DNA from: a virus
Lineage: Duplodnaviria; Caudoviricetes
Direction: 5' to 3' (one strand)
Virus record (IMG/VR): IMGVR_UViG_3300005525_000005
Location: 1-59,944 of that record
DNA: 59,944 nt
The position numbers were made by a program, and so were the translations under genes. Shown here in pieces: positions 26,160 to 35,757 of the stretch (position 1 is its first letter; the number at the start of each line of letters is the position of its first letter). The notes under the pieces were generated by a model. The model was not told the origin of the DNA, ran no database searches, and was given only the letters and a program-made list of their open reading frames with translations.

Positions 26160-28265
26160 ATGGACTACATCTATGATCTGGAAACATACGGTAACACATT
26201 TACATTCTGCGCTGTCTCGGCAGATAAGTCGGAGTCTGTGCAATTTGAATGCTCTCCTCGAAAGAATCAAATCGGAGATATATTTGCGTTCCTTGATCGG
26301 CTTCACGAACATGGAAATCGCATGGTCGGCTTCAATAATATTGGCTTTGATTATCCTATCCTCCATGACCTTCTAAGTGTTCGTGATAAAGCCACTACTG
26401 TTGGTGGCAAAGCCGTAGCTGTACGTGCCTACAAGAAGGCGATGAGCCTCATCAAGAGCGAAGAGAAGTTTGAACACATCATTCGCACCGCTGATGAATA
26501 CGTGCCGCAGATTGATCTGTACAAGATACATCACTTCGACAATAAGGCTAGAGCAACTTCTCTGAAGATGCTTCAGTTTAATATGAAGAGTGACACCATC
26601 GAGGACTTGCCCTTCGATGTTGGCAGTGACTTGACATCAGATCAGATCGACACGCTGCTCAAATATAATATGCACGATGTTGTTCGCACTCTCGACTTCT
26701 ACAACGAAAGCTTGAGCGCGATTAAGTTTCGTGAAGAGTTGACACAGAAGTATGGGCGTAACTTCCTCAATCACAACGACACCAAGATTGGGAAAGACTA
26801 CTTCATCATGCGTCTTGAAGAGGCACTGCCGGGTAGCTGCTACAAGTATGACGGTAAGAAGCGTTCCATCAATCAGACGAAGCGCAAGCACATCAACATC
26901 AAAGACTGCCTCTTCGACTATTATTACTTCCAGCGTCCAGAGTTTAAGGCTGTATTCAATTGGTTTGCGAAGCAGAAGATAACGGAAACCAAAGGCGTCT
27001 TCTCTGAGATTGATGAAGCTGCGTTGGGTGATGTAGCCCAATATGCAGCGCTGTACACAAAGCGTAAGAAGTTTGCGCGTGTGCCTTCGTTTGAAGACAT
27101 TGACGAGTTCAAGAAAGAACATCCTCTCGGTTGGGTTGAGAAGGTGGAGTTGAAGGCTAAGAAGAAAGGCGAAACTCAATACAGCCATTGGATGTGCTGG
27201 AAAGAAGCTGACAACCTGAACGTAGTTGTTGACGGCTTCCGCTTTGACTTTGGCACTGGTGGCATTCATGGCAGCGTAGAGAACACCATCGTTGAGTCTG
27301 ACGATGAATATGTCATCATCGATGCTGACGTTGCTTCGATGTATCCCAACGTAGCCATTGCCAATCGTGTCTATCCAGAACATCTCTCGGACAAGTTCTG
27401 CGACATCTACGAAGACGTCTACGAACAACGCAAGAGCTACCCCAAAGGCACCGCTGAGAACGCGATGCTGAAGCTGGCATTGAATGGTGTGTACGGAGAC
27501 AGCAACAACCAGTACAGCCCCTTCTACGACCCTCAGTACACAATGTCGATCACCATCAATGGTCAACTGAGCCTATGCAATCTGGCAGAGCAACTGCTGC
27601 AGATTCGTGGGTTGCGTCTGATACAGGTGAACACTGACGGCATCACGGTGTTGTGCCCGCGTAAGTATCGACGCTGGTATGACACCAAGTGCAAGATATG
27701 GCAAGAGAACGTAGGACTGCAGCTTGAGTTTGTTGAGTATTCGAAGATGCTGCTGCGTGACGTCAACAACTACATTGCTGTCTACACTGATGGCAAGGTG
27801 AAGCGTAAGGGTGCCTATCAGTACAAGGGATTGGGATGGCATCAGGATCAGGGTGGACTCATCATCCCCAAAGCTGCTGAAGCTCACATGCTTGACGGTG
27901 TAGACATAGAAAGCTACATTCGTCAGCATACTGACAACATCTATGACTACGTGATGCGTACTAAGGTGCCGCGTAGCAGCAAGCTGGTGTTGGTTGGTGA
28001 AGACGGTGTAGAAGTGCAGCAGCAGAACATCTGTCGCTATTACGCCAGCACCAGCGGTGGCAAGCTTGTGAAGATAATGCCGCCGATAACACCAGATGGT
28101 GAGCCTCGACGCATTGGTGTAGACACTGAGTACACGGTGAAGACCTGCAACAACATTGCCGACTTCAACAAGGACGACATTGACTACAGCTACTACGTAG
28201 CCGCTGCCAAGAAGTTGCTGATTAACAACACCGATGTTGACCAAGAAGTTGCTACCTACCTATAA
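26160..28265 (+). CDS. Family B DNA polymerase with 3'-5' exonuclease
   Basis: Exo DLE, FNNIGFD, YNMHD; PolB motif A DVASMYP, motif B KLALNGVYG, motif C NTDG. Confidence 0.92.
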   Translation: MDYIYDLETYGNTFTFCAVSADKSESVQFECSPRKNQIGDIFAFLDRLHEHGNRMVGFNNIGFDYPILHDLLSVRDKATTVGGKAVAVRAYKKAMSLIKSEEKFEHIIRTADEYVPQIDLYKIHHFDNKARATSLKMLQFNMKSDTIEDLPFDVGSDLTSDQIDTLLKYNMHDVVRTLDFYNESLSAIKFREELTQKYGRNFLNHNDTKIGKDYFIMRLEEALPGSCYKYDGKKRSINQTKRKHINIKDCLFDYYYFQRPEFKAVFNWFAKQKITETKGVFSEIDEAALGDVAQYAALYTKRKKFARVPSFEDIDEFKKEHPLGWVEKVELKAKKKGETQYSHWMCWKEADNLNVVVDGFRFDFGTGGIHGSVENTIVESDDEYVIIDADVASMYPNVAIANRVYPEHLSDKFCDIYEDVYEQRKSYPKGTAENAMLKLALNGVYGDSNNQYSPFYDPQYTMSITINGQLSLCNLAEQLLQIRGLRLIQVNTDGITVLCPRKYRRWYDTKCKIWQENVGLQLEFVEYSKMLLRDVNNYIAVYTDGKVKRKGAYQYKGLGWHQDQGGLIIPKAAEAHMLDGVDIESYIRQHTDNIYDYVMRTKVPRSSKLVLVGEDGVEVQQQNICRYYASTSGGKLVKIMPPITPDGEPRRIGVDTEYTVKTCNNIADFNKDDIDYSYYVAAAKKLLINNTDVDQEVATYL

Positions 28266-28266
28266 T
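28237..28266 (+). promoter_or_regulatory. Promoter for ssb block
   Basis: TTGACC-18-TATAAT. Confidence 0.7.
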
Positions 28267-28324
28267 GTGTAGCTAACACGAAGCCACACCGTGTTCAATT
28301 GTGTGGCACATCAAAGGAAATGAA

Positions 28325-28729
28325 ATGGCTGAAATGCAAAGCGTGAAGATTAAGGCTGATGTCATGTGGGCACAGCTTGACAAAGCTAATGAGATGAGCG
28401 GCAAGTTTCAAATCAACTTGTGCAATCTCTCTGAAGCTGCTGTCGTTGCTCTGGAAGAGATGGGCATCACCGTTGCTGAGAAGGAAGGACAAGGCAGGTG
28501 TATTACTTGCAAGTCCAGCATGCCCATCAAGGCATTCGACGCTGACGGTGTCGAGCTATCTGGTGTCAAGATTGGCAACGGCAGCAAAGCCAAAGCCATC
28601 ATCACCGCTTACGAGTGGAAGTATAAGAACAAGAAGGGTGTGTCGCCTTCGTTGAAGAAGCTTGTCATCACCGATCTCGTTGAGTATGGTGGCGGCAGTG
28701 CAGACCTAGACGACGAAGAAGTGTTGTAA
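28325..28729 (+). CDS. Single-stranded DNA-binding protein (T7 gp2.5-like)
   Basis: WA, IGNGS motifs, acidic tail DLDDEEVL; position. Confidence 0.75.
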   Translation: MAEMQSVKIKADVMWAQLDKANEMSGKFQINLCNLSEAAVVALEEMGITVAEKEGQGRCITCKSSMPIKAFDADGVELSGVKIGNGSKAKAIITAYEWKYKNKKGVSPSLKKLVITDLVEYGGGSADLDDEEVL

Positions 28730-29457
28730 TGAAAGCGCTCCTTGATGCCGATACGATGGCGTACAGGAGCGCTGCTGCTTGCAAAGACGAAAGCGTCCGT
28801 ACAATGACTCTAACATTAGATAGCATTGTAACGGACGCTTTGTTATCATGCGACACTGATGTTAGATATTATGACAAGTGGCAGCTATACCTAACGGGCA
28901 GCAACAACTTCAGAAAACAAGTATCTGCTGAATACAAAGCCAACAGGACAGCGCCAAAGCCTGAGCATCTGCCAGCAGCACGACAGCATCTCATTGAACA
29001 ATGGGGTGCTGTAGTTGCTGAAGGAGAAGAAGCTGATGATGCCATTGCCATTGAAGCTACAAAGCTCAATGGAGACTTTGTCATCGTGAGCATCGACAAA
29101 GACTTCAAGCAGATACCGGGCTACCATTACAACTTCGTCAAGCGTGAACACTTCTTCGTCACTCCAGAAGAAGGACTTCGATTTCTGTACATGCAGATAT
29201 TGATGGGCGATACAGCCGACAACGTCATTGGACTAAAAGGCATCGGTCCTAAGAAAGCTGAAGCTGCGTTGGCTGAATGCAAGACGGAACAGGAAATGGC
29301 TGATGTCTGTTACGAAATGTATACAGATGTTGACAAAGTAAGACAAAACGGAACATTGCTCTATCTTCGTAGAAAGGAAAACGAACTGTGGACACCACCT
29401 ACCCCGTCCAAGAAGGAAGAAAGTTTGACGAAGGCAAGCCCCGATACGGCTTGCTGA
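28729..29457 (+). CDS. 5'-3' exonuclease (T7 gp6-like)
   Basis: LLDAD, YKANR, EADD, SIDKD, GDTADN..G..GIG. Confidence 0.92.
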   Translation: MKALLDADTMAYRSAAACKDESVRTMTLTLDSIVTDALLSCDTDVRYYDKWQLYLTGSNNFRKQVSAEYKANRTAPKPEHLPAARQHLIEQWGAVVAEGEEADDAIAIEATKLNGDFVIVSIDKDFKQIPGYHYNFVKREHFFVTPEEGLRFLYMQILMGDTADNVIGLKGIGPKKAEAALAECKTEQEMADVCYEMYTDVDKVRQNGTLLYLRRKENELWTPPTPSKKEESLTKASPDTAC

Positions 29458-29702
29458 AGCCTGAAGCTTTGGAAGAAGTGGTGAAGGTGTTGACGTATGG
29501 AGCGCAGAAGTATAGTGCCGACAATTGGAAGCATGTCGAAGGCATGCGTGAGCGTTACTTCGATGCCTCTCAGCGTCACGTATGGGCGTATAAGCGTGGA
29601 GAAATCCACGATGTGGAGTCAGGGTATCAGCATCTGGCGCATGCCATTTGCAACCTGATGTTTCTGTTGCAATCTCAAATTGATGAAAGACAACCCTTCT
29701 AA
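29388..29702 (+). CDS. dATP/dGTP diphosphohydrolase-like protein (DUF5664)
   Basis: GRKFDEGK, YGAQKY..NW, ESG..HLAHA..N. Confidence 0.8.
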   Translation: MDTTYPVQEGRKFDEGKPRYGLLKPEALEEVVKVLTYGAQKYSADNWKHVEGMRERYFDASQRHVWAYKRGEIHDVESGYQHLAHAICNLMFLLQSQIDERQPF

Positions 29703-30081
29703 GCGTAATGGTGGTTTGTGGACGGAAGCGAAGTTTCGCAGCTTTGTCATCAGTGCGTTACGTGCTGCCTCCCGTCGCTGGCCTGTCAAATGGGCTGTGT
29801 TGAAAGATGCTTTTGCTGGCAAGTCTGTCAATAAAAAGACAGGCAAGTTTGCACAGCACTATCGATGTGCCCATTGCCGTGCCAATTTCCCTGCTGCCGA
29901 TGTGGTTGTTGATCACATCAATCCTGTCGTGGATACAATGAAGGGCTTCACTACATGGGACGAATACGTCGAACGCATGTTTGTTGAAGCTGATGGGTTG
30001 CAAGTGTTGTGTAAAGGCTGTCACAAAGAAAAGACAGCAACCGAAAGAAAGGAACGGAAAAATGTACGATCTAAAAGTTGA
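29680..30081 (+). CDS. HNH endonuclease of replication module
   Basis: CAHC, VDHINPV, LQVLCKGCHKEKT. Confidence 0.85.
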   Translation: MMKDNPSKRNGGLWTEAKFRSFVISALRAASRRWPVKWAVLKDAFAGKSVNKKTGKFAQHYRCAHCRANFPAADVVVDHINPVVDTMKGFTTWDEYVERMFVEADGLQVLCKGCHKEKTATERKERKNVRSKS

Positions 30082-30373
30082 TGATGAAGTGTTTGATAGC
30101 CTTGTTGTTAGTTACTTGAAGAGTCAAGTGGCAATGGTTCTTCAGGAAAACGAGCACATGACACATCCTGAAGACAAGGCATACAACACGCATCTGTTGC
30201 CTGCCTTGCTCACTGTCATCAAATACTTCAGCATTCCTAATGAATATGATAGATATATTCATCAGGTATTTGGTAGCAATGATGATGATGACGAGCAACT
30301 GTCGTTTAAGTTTGATGAGGATGACAATCGGCACCCCGGATTTCATTACACTGCGAAAGGAGATGACGAATGA
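30062..30373 (+). CDS. Hypothetical protein
   Basis: Coupled ORF starting MYDLKVDD. Confidence 0.6.
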   Translation: MYDLKVDDEVFDSLVVSYLKSQVAMVLQENEHMTHPEDKAYNTHLLPALLTVIKYFSIPNEYDRYIHQVFGSNDDDDEQLSFKFDEDDNRHPGFHYTAKGDDE

Positions 30374-30570
30374 TTGTTGAGCTTGTTGAAGAACACGCAG
30401 ATGGCAGCGCCACCTACACCATCAGCGACATTACCAAAGAAGAGCATGATAGCCTCATGCGCTTTGCCATCATGGAAGCGTTGAAGAACGCGATCAAGGA
30501 AGGCGAGAAATATAAGGTTGACTCACTAGAAAGCAAAGATGAAAGTAACGACGGTTTGGAAAACACCTGA
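30370..30570 (+). CDS. Hypothetical protein
   Basis: EHADGSAT motif; AGGAG RBS. Confidence 0.7.
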   Translation: MIVELVEEHADGSATYTISDITKEEHDSLMRFAIMEALKNAIKEGEKYKVDSLESKDESNDGLENT

Positions 30571-31168
30571 TGGTGAACGTCTTATCGCGTACATGGCGCG
30601 AGTGTCCAATCCTGCAAATCAAGCCAATGAGAAATATGCTGGTCTGATTAAATATCTAATCAAGCATAAGCATTGGTCACCATTTGAGATGGTGAATGTA
30701 TGCATGGAAATTGAATGCACTCGCGACATTGCACGACAAATCTTGCGACACAGAAGCTTTTCGTTTCAGGAGTTCAGTCAACGCTATGCTGTCGCTGACG
30801 GCTATGAGTTTTCTGAGCCTCGCCTGCAAGACGAAAAGAATCGACAGAACAGCATTCCTGTTGAAGACAGGGAGATGATGAGGTTCTGGGAAGAACAACA
30901 ACGAAATGTGTTGAAGGCTGCAAAGACTGCATACGAAAACGCATTGAATGCTGGTGTTGCAAAGGAAGTGGCACGTAAGGTGTTGCCTGAAGGATTGACA
31001 ACAAGTCGGATGTATATGAATGGAACGCTCCGTAGCTGGATGCATTACATTCAAATCCGAACTGGCGTCGAGACACAGAAGGAACATCGCGACATCGCTC
31101 TTGCTTGCGAGAAAGAACTGATGCTACATTTTCCTTGGGTAATGGAGGCTTTGAATGAGTTTCGATGA
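30539..31168 (+). CDS. thyX: Flavin-dependent thymidylate synthase
   Basis: HWSPFE, RHRSFSFQEFSQRY signature. Confidence 0.95.
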   Translation: MKVTTVWKTPDGERLIAYMARVSNPANQANEKYAGLIKYLIKHKHWSPFEMVNVCMEIECTRDIARQILRHRSFSFQEFSQRYAVADGYEFSEPRLQDEKNRQNSIPVEDREMMRFWEEQQRNVLKAAKTAYENALNAGVAKEVARKVLPEGLTTSRMYMNGTLRSWMHYIQIRTGVETQKEHRDIALACEKELMLHFPWVMEALNEFR

Positions 31169-31466
31169 GTATCAAGAGAAGGCATGGGCTTGTGCAATGC
31201 CGACAGCAAAGACCACACAGTATTTGGTGCCGGGTCTAGCTGGAGAAGTTGGAGAAGTGAGCAGCTTGTTTGCTAAGTCTCAACGTGACGGCAATGCTCT
31301 TGATCATGCTTCTGTTGCCAAAGAACTTGGTGATGTGCTGTGGTTTGTGTCTACGCTAGCGTTCTATCACGGGTTATCACTTGCTGATATTGCTGAAGCT
31401 AACATCGAAAAGCTTGAAAGCCGTCAAAAGCGTGGGGTAATTGGTGGCAGCGGTGACAATCGCTAG
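31155..31466 (+). CDS. MazG-like NTP pyrophosphohydrolase
   Basis: GLAGEVGE, KELGDVLW, NIEKL, GSGDNR. Confidence 0.9.
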   Translation: MSFDEYQEKAWACAMPTAKTTQYLVPGLAGEVGEVSSLFAKSQRDGNALDHASVAKELGDVLWFVSTLAFYHGLSLADIAEANIEKLESRQKRGVIGGSGDNR

Positions 31467-31536
31467 AGTTTTGGTATAACATCTGCCCCCAGCGCCGACC
31501 TCGCGTCGGCGTTGTCGTCTTCAACAAAGGAAAAAC

Positions 31537-33450
31537 ATGGAAAATATTGCAACGCCTTGGTCAACCATCGGGCTGATTACTTACAAGCGCACTTATGCTC
31601 GACGATTGAATGAGGCAGATGTAAATAGCCCAACGGAGGAGTGGATCGACACTGTCAACCGTGTTGTTAATGCCGCCAACAACCAGCTTGGCTGCAACTT
31701 CACCGACGACGAACAACAACGTCTTCGCAACTATCTGCTGCAACTGAAGGGAACTGTAGCCGGTCGCTTCCTGTGGCAACTTGGCACAGACACCGTTGGT
31801 CGCCTCGGCTTGTCGTCGCTGCAAAACTGCGCCTTCACCGTCGTTGACAAGCCTGTAGAGCCGTTTACGTGGGCTATGGACTTGCTGATGCTGGGTAGCG
31901 GTGTAGGCTACAACATCCAGCGTGAGAACGTAGACAAGCTGCCTCCGGTCAACGAAGACTTCAAGGTACCTAAGCGTGTTGACAGCGCAGACGCTGACTT
32001 CATTGTTCCCGACAGCCGTGAAGGATGGGTAGCATTGCTTGGCAAGACGCTTAAAGCAGCCTTCCTTGCACACAAGAGCGGCAAGCAGACCTTCACCTAC
32101 TCTACACAACTCATTCGCTCTAAGGGCGCTCCTATCAAGGGCTTTGGTGGCACTGCCAGCGGTCCTGAAGATTTGGTGTGGGGCATCAACGAGATTGGTA
32201 AGGTAATTGAGAAACGCGCTGGCAAGAAGATCAGGCCCGTTGATGCTCTCGACATGATGAACATCATTGGCGCTGTCGTTGTTGCTGGCAATGTTCGTCG
32301 CTCTGCACAGATTGCCATTGGCGATCCTGATGACGTCGAATATCTGCTTGCAAAGCGCTGGGACATGGGCAACATTCCGTCATGGCGGGCGATGTCAAAC
32401 AACAGCGTTGTCTGTAATGATGTGACTGACCTTCACGAATTCTTCTGGGATGGCTATGAAGGCAAGGGTGAGCCTTACGGACTCATCAATCTGAAGCTGT
32501 CTCGCAAGATTGGATTGCTTGGTGACACTCGCTATCCCGATCCGAAGGTGCAGGGCTACAATCCGTGTGCTGAACAGAGCCTTGCTGACAAAGAAACTTG
32601 TTGCCTTGCTGAAATCTTCCTACCCAACATCTCTTCATACGAAGAATTTGTTGACGTAGCGAAGCTGCTCTATCGTGTCAACAAGCATTCGCTGGCTCTG
32701 CCGTGCCATCTGAAGACGACAGAAGAAATTGTGCATGCCAACATGCGCATGGGCATCGGCATCACTGGTGTCATGCAATGCACTGAAGAGCAGAAGGGAT
32801 GGCTGCGTAAGGCATACGAAGAGCTTCGTCAGTTTGACAAGCAATACAGCGAAGACAACAACTTCCCCATCTCGGTGAAGCTGACGACGGTGAAGCCGTC
32901 TGGTACGCTGTCTCTGTTGCCCGGTGTCACTCCCGGCTGTCATCCTGCGTATGCTCGTTACATGATCCGGCGTATCCGCATCAGCAGCAATCATCCGCTG
33001 GTGCAAGTGTGTCGTGATCACAACTATCACGTTGAGTATCAACAGAACTTCGACGGCAGCGAAGATCGCAGCACGGTGGTGGTGTCATTCCCGTTCCGTC
33101 ATCCCGATCACGCTGTGCTGGCTAAGGACATGACAGCGCTGGATCAGCTTGAAACCATCAAGTGGCTGCAGGAAAACTGGAGTGACAACAGCGTTAGCTG
33201 CACTGTCTACTACCGCAAGGAAGAGCTTCCTGAGATTCGCAAATACTTGAAGAAGTATTACAAGAATGCTCATAAGAGCTTGTCGTTCTTGCTGCATAGC
33301 GAACACGGATTTAAGCAGGCTCCGTTGGAAGAAATTACGAAGGAAGAATATGAAGCATTGGTTGCTTCGACAAAGCTGATTACGCATGTTGAAGAAGCTA
33401 ATATTGGCCTTGAGGACGATTGCGCCACCGGAGCATGCCCCGTCCGGTAA
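31537..33450 (+). CDS. nrdJ: Class II (B12-dependent) ribonucleotide reductase
   Basis: NCAF, GNVRRSA, NPCAE, TTVKPSGT, C-terminal CATGACPVR; no beta-subunit gene. Confidence 0.92.
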   Translation: MENIATPWSTIGLITYKRTYARRLNEADVNSPTEEWIDTVNRVVNAANNQLGCNFTDDEQQRLRNYLLQLKGTVAGRFLWQLGTDTVGRLGLSSLQNCAFTVVDKPVEPFTWAMDLLMLGSGVGYNIQRENVDKLPPVNEDFKVPKRVDSADADFIVPDSREGWVALLGKTLKAAFLAHKSGKQTFTYSTQLIRSKGAPIKGFGGTASGPEDLVWGINEIGKVIEKRAGKKIRPVDALDMMNIIGAVVVAGNVRRSAQIAIGDPDDVEYLLAKRWDMGNIPSWRAMSNNSVVCNDVTDLHEFFWDGYEGKGEPYGLINLKLSRKIGLLGDTRYPDPKVQGYNPCAEQSLADKETCCLAEIFLPNISSYEEFVDVAKLLYRVNKHSLALPCHLKTTEEIVHANMRMGIGITGVMQCTEEQKGWLRKAYEELRQFDKQYSEDNNFPISVKLTTVKPSGTLSLLPGVTPGCHPAYARYMIRRIRISSNHPLVQVCRDHNYHVEYQQNFDGSEDRSTVVVSFPFRHPDHAVLAKDMTALDQLETIKWLQENWSDNSVSCTVYYRKEELPEIRKYLKKYYKNAHKSLSFLLHSEHGFKQAPLEEITKEEYEALVASTKLITHVEEANIGLEDDCATGACPVR

Positions 33451-33467
33451 TACACTGGTGATATAAC

Positions 33468-33501
33468 AAAGCCGCTGCTGGGAAACCTTCAGCGGCTTTT
33501 T
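33468..33501 (+). terminator. Intrinsic terminator after nrdJ
   Basis: AAGCCGCTG...CAGCGGCTTTTT. Confidence 0.7.
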
Positions 33502-33517
33502 CACATGAAAGGTGTTA

Positions 33518-34285
33518 ATGAAACGTGCAGCAAAGACCGTTGCAGAACGTGTTAAGAAAGAGAAGTTCATTCGTTTTGATTTTCCGATGTTGTCTGCCAG
33601 AAACGAAAAGCAGAAACAACTCATTCACTCCCTCAACCACAACACACTCGTAGCTGCAACGGGTAGTGCAGGTACAGGCAAAACCATCATTGCCTGCTGG
33701 CATGCCGCCTACAAGCTTCACATTGGTGAAGTACGTAGGGTGATACTGATTAGAGCCTATCAGCCCCTTGCAGGGCGCTCTATTGGCTTTCTGCCGGGTA
33801 GCTTGGACGAGAAGCTGATGCCCTACTATCAGCAGATGATTGACTACTTCGAAGACTTCCTCGGCAAAGCCACAACAGAGATACATCTGAAGCAGAAGAC
33901 GATTGAGATATGTTCACTTGAAACTATTCGTGGACGCTCATGGGACAATGCCATCATCATTGTTGATGAGTCACAATCGTTGTTTGTGCCAGAGGTGCAG
34001 GCGCTTGTCACCCGTATTGGTGAAGGCAGTCAGATGATATTCTGCGGTGATAACAGCGGCACACAAACCGATGTTAGAATTGGCATGGATGGCTTGACAT
34101 ATCTGGAACAGCTTGCGTCACGCTATGGCATTGAAGACACTGCCTTCATCAAATTCACTCGCGACGACATTGTCCGCTCAGGCATCACAAAGGAATTTGT
34201 CATTGCCTTTGAAGAAGAACTACAGCGAGATGATCCTGTGGTGTCATTGACTGATGTAGAAAAGCAGTTTAAGAAAGGAAGATAA
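33518..34285 (+). CDS. phoH: PhoH family ATPase
   Basis: GSAGTGKT, IGFLPGSLDEK, RGRSW, DESQ, DIVRSG. Confidence 0.92.
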   Translation: MKRAAKTVAERVKKEKFIRFDFPMLSARNEKQKQLIHSLNHNTLVAATGSAGTGKTIIACWHAAYKLHIGEVRRVILIRAYQPLAGRSIGFLPGSLDEKLMPYYQQMIDYFEDFLGKATTEIHLKQKTIEICSLETIRGRSWDNAIIIVDESQSLFVPEVQALVTRIGEGSQMIFCGDNSGTQTDVRIGMDGLTYLEQLASRYGIEDTAFIKFTRDDIVRSGITKEFVIAFEEELQRDDPVVSLTDVEKQFKKGR

Positions 34286-34485
34286 TGGACTTGGTAATTC
34301 GCCCACGACTCGGTTTTGGTTTTGACGTTGAACACAACGAAGACATTTGCTATCGTGCTGGGAAGAACAGCAATGAAGACGAAGCGACTGTGTTGTTGTG
34401 CTATGTAGGGCTTCTCATCAAGCTTCCGTTCTGCACCATCTACCTCGGTGAGTTTTACGAACGGGATAAGCTTAATGATGATTGA
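34285..34485 (+). CDS. Hypothetical protein
   Basis: 66 aa, AAAGGA RBS, coupled. Confidence 0.6.
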   Translation: MDLVIRPRLGFGFDVEHNEDICYRAGKNSNEDEATVLLCYVGLLIKLPFCTIYLGEFYERDKLNDD

Positions 34486-34969
34486 AGTTGAGATAACAGA
34501 TGCAATGATCAATCGATCCCGTGCCAAAGCTAAGGAGATGGGACAACTCCAGAACAGCATCACTATGGGCATGGGCAATCTAGTTGGCTTTATAGGAGAA
34601 GAAGTAGCAGTACATGTACTCAAAAAGCTACATCAGCGACATGTCATTCATCTCAACACATATGACTACGACATTCTTGTTGATGACATACGTGTTGATG
34701 TGAAGACAAAGTCAACGTCTGTAGCACCTCTGCCGCACTACAGCAACAGCGTTGCCGGTTTCAACACATCTCAAAAATGCGATGTTTATGCATTCGTTAG
34801 AGTGAAGAAAGACTTGACAACAGCTTGGTGGTGTGGCGTAATTGAGAAAGACCTGTTCTTCAAAGAGGCTGTATTTATGAAGAAGGGGTCGATGGATGAC
34901 GACAACAAGTATGTCGTCAAAGCAGACTGTTACAATCTTCCTATTTCACAGTTGAGGCAAAGGATATGA
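34475..34969 (+). CDS. PD-(D/E)xK nuclease-like protein
   Basis: GEE, YDYD...IRVDVKTK. Confidence 0.6.
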   Translation: MMIEVEITDAMINRSRAKAKEMGQLQNSITMGMGNLVGFIGEEVAVHVLKKLHQRHVIHLNTYDYDILVDDIRVDVKTKSTSVAPLPHYSNSVAGFNTSQKCDVYAFVRVKKDLTTAWWCGVIEKDLFFKEAVFMKKGSMDDDNKYVVKADCYNLPISQLRQRI

Positions 34970-35166
34970 AGTCATATTTCGACAAAGACCATTTCATCTC
35001 GAAAGAGTCGATGTTCGCGTTTCAAGAAGGCTACTACGCTTTCTCTCGCGGCTGGATTGCCAGCAAATACAATCTTGATAGCTTGAAGGGAAAGGAGTGG
35101 CAGCGTGGTTTCAACTGCGCCTACTTCGACAACCTCTATCGCATTCAACAGAATAAGCCCCGTTAG
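34966..35166 (+). CDS. Rmf-like small protein
   Basis: FQEGYYAF..G....Y....KEWQRGF pattern. Confidence 0.45.
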   Translation: MKSYFDKDHFISKESMFAFQEGYYAFSRGWIASKYNLDSLKGKEWQRGFNCAYFDNLYRIQQNKPR

Positions 35167-35173
35167 TTATAAA

Positions 35174-35647
35174 ATGAACTGTATTCGTTGCGATAAAACA
35201 TTAGAAAAGCAGCAGAAGCTTTTCTGTAGCATTTCGTGTTCTGCAATAACAAACAATAAAAAAAGAGGCAGGAATACAGTTCGTTGTCTAAATTGCAATT
35301 TAGTTTTTGAAGGGAAAAAGACAAAAAAGTTTTGTAATAGAACTTGTTCCACAACTTATAGTCTTGGTAGAACAGTACGCGCTTGGTTAAACGATCAAGC
35401 CTCTGTGACTAGGGTTACAGCAGCAATACGAAAATATCTTATTTCTCTTCGTGGAAATAAATGTGAAGAATGTGGATGGAACAAAGTTCATCCTGTTACA
35501 AAACTTATTCCTTTAGAAATAGATCATGTTGACGGAGATTCGGAAAATAATCTTTTGAGTAACTTGAAAGTATTGTGTCCAAATTGCCACTCGTTGACGC
35601 CAACATTTAGAGCCTTAAACAAAGGCAAGAGTAAACGAAAACGATAA
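35174..35647 (+). CDS. tRNA-adjacent HNH homing endonuclease
   Basis: Two FCxxxC repeats, CEECG, LEIDHVDGD..NN...NL..LCPNCHS; AT-rich. Confidence 0.88.
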   Translation: MNCIRCDKTLEKQQKLFCSISCSAITNNKKRGRNTVRCLNCNLVFEGKKTKKFCNRTCSTTYSLGRTVRAWLNDQASVTRVTAAIRKYLISLRGNKCEECGWNKVHPVTKLIPLEIDHVDGDSENNLLSNLKVLCPNCHSLTPTFRALNKGKSKRKR

Positions 35648-35652
35648 CGATT

Positions 35653-35727
35653 GCCTCTGAAGCATTGTCAGTGATGTATCGGCTTTGTATCCCGAAGAAC
35701 AGGGCGCAAATCCCTGCGGAGGCACCA
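35653..35727 (+). tRNA. tRNA-Thr(UGU), non-canonical
   Basis: Acceptor GCCTCTG/CGGAGGC + ACCA, D arm GCAT/ATGT, anticodon loop TT-TGT-AT, T arm CAGGG/CCCTG. Confidence 0.75.
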
Positions 35728-35730
35728 AAG

Positions 35731-35757
35731 AGAAAGCCGCTTTACAGCGGCTTCTTT
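35731..35757. terminator. Bidirectional terminator between converging arms
   Basis: AAGCCGCT-TTAC-AGCGGCTT with A-rich and T-rich flanks. Confidence 0.75.

Noticed and set aside
29388-31466. Modified-base (Z or 7-deazaguanine) pathway suggested by DUF5664 and MazG
   Set aside because: No purZ, dpdA or que genes recognised
31467-31536. Cobalamin riboswitch or NrdR box before nrdJ
   Set aside because: Gap only 70 bp with one simple hairpin
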